Below, piece after piece: positions 19,624 through 29,600 of a DNA stretch of 64,000 nucleotides. The stretch's first letter is position 1. Each line of letters starts with the position of its first letter. Source of the DNA: Trypanosoma brucei (Eukaryota); assembly GCA_000002445.1 (NCBI GenBank), contig CH464491.1, positions 576,001 to 640,000 on the forward strand, given 5' to 3'. The notes under the pieces were generated by a model. It searched no databases. It saw nothing but the letters and a program-made list of their open reading frames with translations, and was not told where the DNA came from. The position numbers and the translations under genes are program-made.

Positions 19624-20892
19624 ATGATGGAATTAATCGGCTGCCCTGCGGTTGCGGTGTTGACCTGTTTCTACTGGGTGGCTTCCCATTTGGTCCTTCT
19701 TCTTCGCGTTGCTTTGCCGCGCTTCAGCGTAATCGTGCGCTACGGTGGTCGCTGTGTTACGTCCGAGAGTATTTGCAGTGGCTTTGCCTCTTGGATTCAG
19801 TCATCTCGGGATTATGCAAAGCGCACAGTCGGCATGTGGAAGTCTGAGAGACTATCGCGGGCCGTCTTTCACTGTACTGCCATTCTTGAGGGTTCGATCT
19901 TGTGTCGTATACGAGTTAGCAGAAAGCTTAGCTTCTGCGCTTTTTATGTTGCAGGTATTGTTTCCATCGTTTTGATACTCATTCTGATGGATGGCGGCCA
20001 TTGTTCTCCCATTGTGGAGGGGATGACAGTATATTCTGACGGCCTCAATCACTCAGCTGTCGCCTTCCTGGTTTCTTATGCCGGTCGACCGCTGCTTGCT
20101 TTTCTCATGCACTGCACCGTCCGATTATTGGAGTGCCTTTTTTTGCATCGCTTCAGGGGCGGGTCCGATGACTGTGTGACTGGCTTCGCCGCCGTTGCTG
20201 GATGCTCTTTCTACGTATTTGCCTCGTGTTCCAGCGGCATTATTCTCCCCTGTACAGAACGGTCGCCACTAGTGATTGGTGGGCAGAGGGTTGTTAATGG
20301 TATGACGGAGGCATCACCTTTTTTCCCTACGTTCGCGTTGGCCGTGGATGCCTTATTTGTTCTGCATATGGTTTTTCAAGTAACACAGGTGTACCATCAC
20401 TGGGTCCTGGCGGAGCTTCGGAGAAAACCTGTCGGCACAAGTGTCCTTAAGGGGGAGCACTGTTCCGTTGGCAGATGCAAGACCACACCGAAGGGCGTGA
20501 GCGAGGAAGGGAGAATCGGCGACGGTTCAGCGGTGCTGTACCATTTTCCTCGTATCGCACTCTTTAAATATGTGCAGGAGCCGCACTACGCGTGCGAAGT
20601 CGCGATGTATGCCGTCAATGCAATCAGTATCTGCCTCATAGTTTACAATAGGTCATTGCCCTCCGGTGGCACTGGAAGGGAAATAGGGGATGAGTTTTCC
20701 GTAGGCAGTGAGGTGGTGCCGTTGTTGTGCGCGACGTGCTTACCGCCGCTAGGCGTGTTGTTTTTCTCGTTGTTTAATCTCGCCATTACCGCGCGTGAGC
20801 ACCGCCGGTTTTGGGAGTGTGTGAATGCTAGGCGAGGCGACGGGGAGCGGGAGCTAATCCCCAAATGGGATTTGTTCTATGGCGTGTGGTAA
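19624..20892 (+). CDS. 3-oxo-5-alpha-steroid 4-dehydrogenase family membrane protein (polyprenol reductase/TECR-like)
   Basis: 422-aa polytopic ORF starting at ATG 19624. The C-terminal region LFKYVQEPHYACEVAMYAVNAISICLIV...EHRRFWECVNARRGDGERELIPKWDLFY matches the SRD5A-family signatures G-x-F-x-x-v-x-xPNYfGE and HRWYlxxFxxYPxxRkALIPFIF. Confidence 0.5.
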   Translation: MMELIGCPAVAVLTCFYWVASHLVLLLRVALPRFSVIVRYGGRCVTSESICSGFASWIQSSRDYAKRTVGMWKSERLSRAVFHCTAILEGSILCRIRVSRKLSFCAFYVAGIVSIVLILILMDGGHCSPIVEGMTVYSDGLNHSAVAFLVSYAGRPLLAFLMHCTVRLLECLFLHRFRGGSDDCVTGFAAVAGCSFYVFASCSSGIILPCTERSPLVIGGQRVVNGMTEASPFFPTFALAVDALFVLHMVFQVTQVYHHWVLAELRRKPVGTSVLKGEHCSVGRCKTTPKGVSEEGRIGDGSAVLYHFPRIALFKYVQEPHYACEVAMYAVNAISICLIVYNRSLPSGGTGREIGDEFSVGSEVVPLLCATCLPPLGVLFFSLFNLAITAREHRRFWECVNARRGDGERELIPKWDLFYGVW

Positions 20893-21316
20893 CCCAGCCT
20901 CCCTTCCCCATTCTTCGCTGTTTGTTTGGGTGCCACGGGGGTCTTTTTTGGCTTGATAATCGCAGCTGTTGACCCGGGAGGGGGACAGTGGCCTGCACGA
21001 CAGTGTTGAGTAATATGAGGGAAGGGCGTTTTGTACGCCCTATATCAGGGTGGATATGACTTTACCTTGAATTGCTGCCCTAATGGCTGCTCGTGCGTAT
21101 TTATATCCGTACGTGCGCCTGAACTCCGTTGTCTCAGGTTGTCGTTGATTATTCTATCACTTTTTGCCGTGACCTTTTTGTTGCCGTTGTGACACTGTCT
21201 CCTGTTGGCATTTCTCTTACTTTCTATTTTTTGTATTGTGTTCGGGTGAACAACTAATTGCGCATATGCTTGTAGGCGTTTTCTAAGCGTCGCACTCAGA
21301 AGCATCATACTTAGCC

Positions 21317-23245
21317 ATGCCGTCTGCTAGTTCCGGCTACACCTTTGCGGACTTCTTGCGGCGGTTGGAGCGCAGTCCCGACTCCCACATGGCGCCCCTA
21401 TACCACGAGCATCGTGAGCTCTTTGTGCGGCGCCATGATATGTTTGCGCGGGTTATTAGCAGTGTCACATGGTCAAAAGGTGTCGCACTGGTTGCTGCCG
21501 CGGGGTACACACAAGCCGTCAACGTGACGATCTATAGGGCGCTGCTGGCACGTATGTTGTTACATAACCGGCACGTACGGCAGTGCGGCGCTGGCTCCGT
21601 TGTTCCGTGGTCGGCTGCGCTGCGCACTTACAGTGAGGCCATTGCCACGCACGGAAATGCTGTGCCAACCCGGATGACGCTATCGGCGCTGCGGCTCTGC
21701 ACGCCAGCACGTCAATGGGTTGCCGCCATATCGTTGTTAATGTTGAGTCAAGCGAACGACAAATTGACGCTCCCGATGTTAATTGATGCAGCGGGGTGCT
21801 GCGCCACACCAGCTGCGTGGGAAAAAGCGATGACATTACTCGGAAGATTTCACGCGCAGTCACTTCAGGTTCTTCCGGACTCTATACAAAGTCTTAGACC
21901 TGTTGGAACAAGCGCTTCAACCGTGGATGCGGCAGCCCACGCTCTGTTGCCCCGCAGCGAGGGTCCTACGCCGGAGCAGAAGCACATATTGACGGTTATC
22001 AACAAGGTCGTGTCAGCTGTGCCGTGGCAGGTGGCATTGTCAAATGAAATGTGCAGGTCTTATCTCACTCACCTTGTGGCAAGTACAACACTGCGACCAA
22101 CGGAGAAGACGGCTTCTCTCACAACTGCTGTGCAACAACTTCCGTGGGAAGCTTTTGTTACACTGATGAAGACAGTTACGGCGACTGTTCAGGAAGGGTC
22201 GCAGGGTGTCTTGGGATCTCGTTCGACTCCCCAACTCCCACCGCCTCAGGATGGAATGGAGCGAGGGGACGTTGCCAAATCCCTGTTGAGCAACAGCATT
22301 ATTAGGGAGGGTGTAAACCTGCTTCAGAGCGAACCAGAAACCGCTATTCCCTTCATCACAACTATTCTTCACAAGCTACCATCTGCAGAGGCTGCGGCAC
22401 TGTTCCTCAGTGAGGCAACCTCAGCCTACCGGAACAGTTCAAGCGCCGTTGTGGCCGCTGCCATTCGCCATCCTGTTGTTGTGGGAGCTTTGTTGAAAAG
22501 GTGCGCTGATAGTAACTCATGGTACCTCGCAGCATCAATATTTAAATCAACCTCACCGACAGCAATTCCTTGTGACGTGGCTAGCGACCTTGTAATCCAA
22601 ATGCGGAGGGCAAATCAGGCACCACTGGTGGTGGATGTTCTGCAAAAGTACATTGTGCCATCGAGGACCAAACTAACGGAAGAGGCGATTGAGGCAGCGC
22701 TATTGTGTGTGCTGGTGCACAATCGGGCACTCGCGAAAGCCTCAGCCGTCGTCGCCGGCACTTCCCCCGACAATCGCACTGGAAAACCTAACGGAATCGG
22801 TGTTGCCAATGGTGTGCATTGGATATCAGCACTTAGTTGGGCCACTGACCTTTTGGAGGAGGGTGTGGAGTCGAGAATACTTCAGACCGGAACAACCCCT
22901 TCGGTAGGTGGTGTAAATCATGAAGACCCCACAGTGTTACTGCGGAAAAAGACATTATCGCCACGCATCCTGAGCCTTCTCATTTACATATGCGTAAATG
23001 CTGGGAGTCCACGTGGGGGTCTGTTTGCGCTGGGATACGCACGCACCGTCAGCAAAACGGAGCTCGAACTCTCAGAAGAGATTACAGCACTGTTGTATTG
23101 CATGATGTACGACCGTCCTCGTGAAGCGGAGAGTATCATTCAACACGCTGTGAAGAAACACGGGGAGTACAAGGGGAAATACCTTGGTAGGTTACTGGTG
23201 GCTTCGCAAGAGGCAAAGGGGTCCGCGCTGAGGAATCAAACTTGA
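21317..23245 (+). CDS. hypothetical protein (alpha-helical repeat, possibly PPR/TPR-like)
   Basis: 642-aa ORF starting at ATG 21317. Its composition is helical and A/L-rich with repeated roughly 35-aa helical hairpin-like segments (YRALLARMLLHNRHVRQCG..., WSAALRTYSEAIATHGNAVPT...). No diagnostic catalytic motif was seen. Confidence 0.55.
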   Translation: MPSASSGYTFADFLRRLERSPDSHMAPLYHEHRELFVRRHDMFARVISSVTWSKGVALVAAAGYTQAVNVTIYRALLARMLLHNRHVRQCGAGSVVPWSAALRTYSEAIATHGNAVPTRMTLSALRLCTPARQWVAAISLLMLSQANDKLTLPMLIDAAGCCATPAAWEKAMTLLGRFHAQSLQVLPDSIQSLRPVGTSASTVDAAAHALLPRSEGPTPEQKHILTVINKVVSAVPWQVALSNEMCRSYLTHLVASTTLRPTEKTASLTTAVQQLPWEAFVTLMKTVTATVQEGSQGVLGSRSTPQLPPPQDGMERGDVAKSLLSNSIIREGVNLLQSEPETAIPFITTILHKLPSAEAAALFLSEATSAYRNSSSAVVAAAIRHPVVVGALLKRCADSNSWYLAASIFKSTSPTAIPCDVASDLVIQMRRANQAPLVVDVLQKYIVPSRTKLTEEAIEAALLCVLVHNRALAKASAVVAGTSPDNRTGKPNGIGVANGVHWISALSWATDLLEEGVESRILQTGTTPSVGGVNHEDPTVLLRKKTLSPRILSLLIYICVNAGSPRGGLFALGYARTVSKTELELSEEITALLYCMMYDRPREAESIIQHAVKKHGEYKGKYLGRLLVASQEAKGSALRNQT

Positions 23246-23797
23246 ATCTTGAACCGTATCGTTTGTTGCGAACATCACTTATGATGTTCAGTTTGTGGGT
23301 ATGTGAAGGAAGGGAGGGGTATCATGGGTTTAAAAAAAGGCATATAAGCGTACTATTCCCCAGCCGACTCCCTTTGCGTGTTCTTTTCTTCTTGTCACTC
23401 AGTTCATTTGTTTGTGCCTGTGCTTGTGTGCCACGGTGGTGGCGATTGGCTAACTCGGGGTTGAAGCATCATCAACACGGAGGCCACGACATGCGACGTT
23501 GATGTCATTTCACCATGTTGTCATGTTGATAAGTCGCTTTCAAGGTCCTGTTTTCATCTCGTTTCTTGCCTTTTCTTCTTACTTTTGTAACTTCCTCTTT
23601 TCCTGCTGTTGGTTGCTGGTGTGGGTAAAGCAGAGGTTAGGAAGAGGTGAGACAAGGTAGCACCATTATCCAAGTTTGTGTGTGGATTTTTGAAGGCTGC
23701 GCTCTAGTGAAAGCGAGGAGGAAAATAAAAAAATACACACACACACATATATATATATACATCAAAACGAAGGACGTGTAATCGTGCCCAGTAACAG

Positions 23798-24097
23798 ATG
23801 AGCGAGCAACGAGTTTCACAACCCAAAACTCCGGTAAGCAATGAGGAGAAGTGGGATCATAGTTTGGAGAATTTTTTTCGCAAGACAACACTAGGACTCG
23901 CCTACAGCATCTTGCCTGCATTTCTGCTGGCTCGGTCTGCAGCTGCCCGCGGAGCCATTCTCATGTTCGCCACCGGTATCGGCTCAGGTATTGCTTATGG
24001 TGAGGCGCGCTATCTTTTTGACCACGATGTTGTGTTTGACAGAAGACATTTAGTACATATCGAGCTACTGAAACCCAAGGAGTCGAAAATCAATTAA
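23798..24097 (+). CDS. hypothetical small TM protein with a glycine-zipper motif (Mic10-like?)
   Basis: 99-aa ORF at ATG 23798. It has a hydrophobic hairpin LAYSILPAFLLARSAAARGAILMFATGIGSGIAYGE containing a GxGxGxxxG glycine zipper. Confidence 0.4.
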   Translation: MSEQRVSQPKTPVSNEEKWDHSLENFFRKTTLGLAYSILPAFLLARSAAARGAILMFATGIGSGIAYGEARYLFDHDVVFDRRHLVHIELLKPKESKIN

Positions 24098-25311
24098 GAA
24101 AAGTGACGTATGAACGTTTCACATCCGAGTTTTGTTTGTAACTCCGATGTGTCGGACGCCAAACAGACTTATGGGGGTAATGCAAGGCGAAGGTCAGTGT
24201 GAAGAGGCCATTGAGCAGGGGAGGGGGACGCACATGTTGAGTGGTGTGTGCGTGTGTGTGGAGTGAAGTAAAGGAATGCATAAACGGAAGAATATGATTC
24301 CCACCAACAATGCGCTCCAGAATGTTTTTTTGTTTTTGCGTGTGTGTGACAATGAACGTGCCGAGTGGCATGGGGGTGTTTTACTTTTTAGTCCGCGCGA
24401 AGGCAACTACCACCGCGAACAGCAATAGTCTCACCCCTCCTTTTCATTTTGTTACTGTTCTTTGGTGTCGTTCCTGTGTGACCGATGCCTGCCTTGTATG
24501 CCGGTAATGTACACCGCAGAGGGGGATGCAAAATGTGTTTTGACATTCTGTTAGTTAGGGAAATTACCGGTGCTGTTCTGCAAAATTTCGAAACACTTGA
24601 CCGCCGGTTCTTTGCAACGGGGTTATTTATTCTGTCTTCTCTCCCTCGGTCTTTATCCACTCTTCTTTAGGTATTACCCGCTGTTGCATATAGTCTGAGT
24701 AAACTGTGGACGTGAAAATGTAAAAGCAACTACAAATGTTTCTCCATGTAGAATTAAAAAAGACGCCACAAGTGTTAGAGATGCGCATTCCCAGTAGCAG
24801 GTAAAGGGGTGGGCTGTTGGTTCTCAATCTGGGTTGTTCCCCCATGAGTATCTGCCTTATTATTATTATTATTTTTGCTCTGTGTTGACCCTTCTCTCAC
24901 ATGCGGGCTACAGTTTCTGCACTGTTGTCTTATGGTGGCGGTGTGTTCATGCGTGCTCGTGACGGTATCGTGTGTGGGAGCAACGCTGCTCTTATAAGCC
25001 GATCTGTCGGTGCTTGTTGTGTTATTAATGTTTTACCCCCCAAAAAATATTTGATTAATTATCTGGCTTTGTGGGAGGTTTATGGAGGAGCGAAGGAACC
25101 GCGCCAACACTCATGGATGCAAAGGAGACAAGAAATTCCTCTCCTTTCCCTTGCCAATTTTTGCACCATTTTGCTTCATTTAACTTTTCATTCCCCATGT
25201 TTCGCCTCCTAATTGCGCATTTTTTACCTTTATAAATGATTTCTCAACACTCAGGGGCGGACAGGCGTTTCAAAAACAACAACAACAACATACAGGAAGG
25301 AAGGAAGGGAA

Positions 25312-25710
25312 ATGTCCACCTCACATGGCATGCTGATTTACAACAATGATATCACTGCTGATAGCCTTCTGGACACGAAGGACTGCCGTAAAATTGTGGA
25401 GGAAGTGTCCAGTAAGATGCCCAACTCCTCCCTTTTCAAACTGGACAGAGAGGACCACACTTTAGCCAACCTTCTTCGCATGCGATTGCACGAGAACCCA
25501 CTTGTGCATATTGCAGGTTATCGCGTGCCACATCCCACGCAACACCGTGTAGAGCTACGCGTTCAGACATCCTCCGATGGCACCGGAAAGCCCATTCCAA
25601 CTCCGAAGGAAGCACTCCTGGAGGCGGTCGGATCGTGCATGAAAGACCTTGAGGAATTTGAAGGGGCGTTCCTTCGCGAAGCGCAGAGCAAAGGTTTGGA
25701 TGTTGAATAG
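25312..25710 (+). CDS. RPB11: DNA-directed RNA polymerase II subunit RPB11 (RPB11/RPAC2 family)
   Basis: 132-aa ORF. The segment LDREDHTLANLLRMRLHENPLVHIAGYRVPHPTQHRVELRVQT aligns with human POLR2J [42 protein letters not shown]. The C-terminal helix EALLEAVGSCMKDLEEFEGAFLREAQSKG matches RPB11 [30 protein letters not shown]. Confidence 0.7.
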   Translation: MSTSHGMLIYNNDITADSLLDTKDCRKIVEEVSSKMPNSSLFKLDREDHTLANLLRMRLHENPLVHIAGYRVPHPTQHRVELRVQTSSDGTGKPIPTPKEALLEAVGSCMKDLEEFEGAFLREAQSKGLDVE

Positions 25711-26696
25711 GGGGAGCGGTTCTTCCCATCTGTAGCATCAACTCTGATCTCCTCGTGCCTACATGAGTGCACTCGTATATGGCCCAGAGATAAAAGAGTT
25801 TCTGGGGAGTGATGGATAATGGAAGCAGGAGGTATTTCCTTGCAACTCTTTGTCTTTTCCGTTTTCTCCTTCCCTCCACAAAGTTCTCGCGTAGGTGTTG
25901 CTGCGCGTGAGTGCCACGCAGTACGCGTGCAATGGGGTAGGGTTTGCCTAGATGTGCGAATGCCAGTGTGCGATTGAGAGTTGCTTCGTTACCCCTGCCT
26001 CCGTTAGTTGATACTATTTGTGAACCAAGTTCATTTTCCTTTGGCCTATATTTCCATATTCTTGGTGAAGTTGTAGTGCCATTAGTTATCTATAGGAATC
26101 CGCGCATAACTCAGCTGCCGTTGCGCATTTTTTTGGGTTTAGCTTGTTGAGTGAACAAACTATTATCCCTCCGTGCCGCTACCAAATCCACAAGCGAAAG
26201 TGAGGCGCAGAAACTTGTGTTGAAATTGCTGCGTGACTTTTCTTGTTTTTCATTTTGTGCTAAAATATACACAGTAACGGCGCCAATGAGTTGAAGGTGA
26301 TTTAAGTTCGATCTGGATACTCTTGCTTGCAACTCTCGGAACTTTATATGACGGCAATTGTGTTCGTGTGCGCGATCAGGACATGAAAGTGTTCACATGG
26401 AAGCAAGGGTCACGCTACCAAATCATAATTAGTTAAGAGCACACCCTGAAACAAACAGCTATGAAGATAAAAATATATGTTTACGGTTAATATCTGGACT
26501 CACTCAGCGCATACACTGGCGTACCAACAGGTTGTACTTGGCATGCGCTTGATTTGACGTTTATTTGCACTTCCTCTTGTTGGGCGACGCTGCTCTTCAC
26601 CTTGCTACTGCATTTCTAGGTTGTTTTTAGTTCCGCCGGCTTTGTGTGGTTTCTGTTACATCGGTAGCCTTGCGTTCGTGCGGTTGGACGAGTGTG

Positions 26697-29600
26697 ATGG
26701 CTGGAACCCAGGCAGCAGTGGACTACACCAAAGTGTTGGTGAAGAATACAGTAAGGTTCATCCTCTTAGTTCTGTTTCTCATATCTCTCGTTGTCTCGTT
26801 ACTCCTATGCATGCTTGCTGACATCTTTCAAGCCTACGCCCCCGTCTTCCCATTGTGGCCAATGGTTTTTGCGAGCGTTGCGCTAAACGTTGCGTGTGCT
26901 GTTTCGACTTCGTTGTATCATCGAGTAACGTGCAAGGCTTCTCGTTCTTATAAGAGCTCCGGAAGCAACCATGCATATTTGGCAATGCAAGGTTTCGGGT
27001 ACGGTTTGCTTTTTATTTGTCCGGCGGTGCTGTTCTTATATATTGAACTTTTAGCTTCCCCTGTTGCCGTCTACCGCTACGGATTGATAACAGCACTGGG
27101 TGGTTCATGTGCCGTGGCAAATGGGCTATTGATCGCATCTTTGCGGTACTCCGAAAAGACTCAGCGGCGAGTGAAAGAAGGTGGACTTGGGGGAGGCGAG
27201 AGGCCACAGCGCGACTCCGGTCTGTGGAGGAGACGTTTGTTATTGCTTCCAGACGGCGAGACAGCCATTGTCGTTTTGCTTTGTATCATTGCTCTCACGT
27301 GTTCTATTATTGCGGAGTATTTTACGCACCTGCGCCGTGCGTTGACCATTGTGGGCATGTTGCTTCTCGTAGTTAGTGCGGCTATCACTCGTGTTGGCAC
27401 TGGGTATCGGTCTGCTACCGGCGAGCACCCCTTCTCGATCTCTAGGTGCAGCTTCAGAACGGGTATTGTTCAAGGGCTTGGTTGGTTTCTGGGTGGGGCA
27501 ACGTTGTGTTTCGATTTGGTTTTGTGTAATTCAGGTGCGGGCGCACCTCCGTCTTGGCATATCATCAGTGGGTTAAGTTCGATGGTGAGCGTTGCTGCAC
27601 TCCTGTTTGCAAGGTTTCACCGCTTCACAGAACCTACATTCAAACAAGGCTTGCAGTTGTCCAGTGATGGACCCTACGTAATGACAGCAACAAGTCTATT
27701 TCAACTTACTTTTGTGTGGTGTTTAACGTTACTACTATCTACGGAGTACTGCGAACTAGGTATGCAGTTGAGGCAGGGGCTGATTACGTGTCAAACCCTC
27801 ACAGCGGTATCCATGTTTGCCCTGCCTCTTTGCACTCACTTTCTTGGCCGTGTTGTGTTCGGCAAGGAGTACGGAATATGGATAAGTCTTGACTGCCGGT
27901 TAGAATTCGCAATCTTGCAGCGGTTGGCGTGGTTTTGCTACAGCATAGCCATTTTCTTCGCCGTACTTCACATGACGGAGTCCAACCACTTCAGGTTCGT
28001 TGTCATACAGGCCCTACTGGTCGGAGTTTCTCAATGCCTTGTACATGCGTCGCTTTGGGCATTCGGTGGGGGAACATTGGGGAGATATTCAAGCGATGTT
28101 GAAGATCAAGAGTCTTTATCACGTACTACTTCCACCAAATCCACTTCACAGGAGGAAGACTCAGAGGGGGAAGCCTCCGTATCTTATGAGGGCGGTCGCT
28201 CTGCTCTACCTCTAGTACTGAATGCAGAGATGGTCACCGCCATTGCGGTCTGCGTGTGCGGGATTGCTCTTCGGCTTGTTGCCGATGTGGAGTCCATGGA
28301 TGGCGCATTTGTCGGTGCTCTGTTGGGTGTTCCCCGGAAATCGCTTCTGAATCTTGCAAGGGTCATGGCCACTGTTGCGGTACCGCTTGCTCATATTTCA
28401 TCCAGGGACCGTGTTCCTTTGTGGCAGCCATTTGTTGGCTGTGGTGGTTATGTTTCTATGCAAGCGGTGGGGTGGTCCGTTTACGCGATCAATACGTTGA
28501 TTGAGGCCGCCAATTACTTTCATGAGGAACGCCGGAGTCTTGCGTCTCCGGTATTTGGAACTCAATCTATGCCATTGGAACACACAGTGGATGGTGTATG
28601 CGCTACCGTCCCGTTTATTTGCATATTCCTGGGCTCCTTATTTGAAACATGGGCCCAACAAAGCGAGAAAATTCATCAGCGGAAGATGCAACAGAAGATC
28701 GTGGAGCTTAACAGCTTACTACAGCATGTCATTGCCGATCCGGAGGATCGGGAGCGGACGAAGTCACTTTTGAAGGTTGTAATTGGCCCTCGGTGGAAAG
28801 ATTTGAGAAGTAGCGGAAGTTCCGACGAGGACGAACGCGCCGAGGAGGTGGAAACAAGAAAGGAGGGCATGAGAAATATCGTAGCCATTCTCTGCGTCTG
28901 TGTAATGATGTTGTTTGCGACTTCCGCGTTTTCAGCAACGCACCAACCCGCCTTTACACTTATATTCGGGATATCAGGTATGATGATGACGAGTGTATCG
29001 TGTTTTTCGCTGCAACTTTTTTACGGATCGATCGTGCACGGGGCCACCGGAACCTATTCGTACTTTATGCCATTTTCTGGTGGGCAAAAGTTTGTTGCAT
29101 TCCAGACTGCTGGGTGGTCTTGTTACGCGGCTGCACTATTGTTAATTCTAATAAGTTGTCTCGAAGGTCGCGGTTCGCCCACTGCCTTCGTTTGCATGGG
29201 TTTCTTTAGTGTCGCGGCACAGTTTTTGATTTTGAATTCTATTCCGCATTTTGATTCCACTCCGAGACCGGCTTCGTTGTTGGAACAAAATGCGGAAGCG
29301 GCGCTTGCCGTGTTTGCGCTCGTTGGTTCCTTTACTTTTGGTGTTGTATGGAACGCCTACACAGGCGGTGGCATTCCAGGGCAGGCGCCATCCCCGCTCC
29401 CCATTATTGTTACAGCTATTGCCGCATCGTGTGCTGCACCATTGGGAATCGTGTCTTTGAAGCGCCACATGGAGCGTTCCGCCATGTTCGCCGTCGCTGA
29501 TGGACTGGAAAGTTCCTCCGAGGCAAGTGACGGTGAAGAGGAAATACGCAGTGATGGCCACACGGATGCAATCGCCCATGTAAGTAATGGGAGTGGACAC

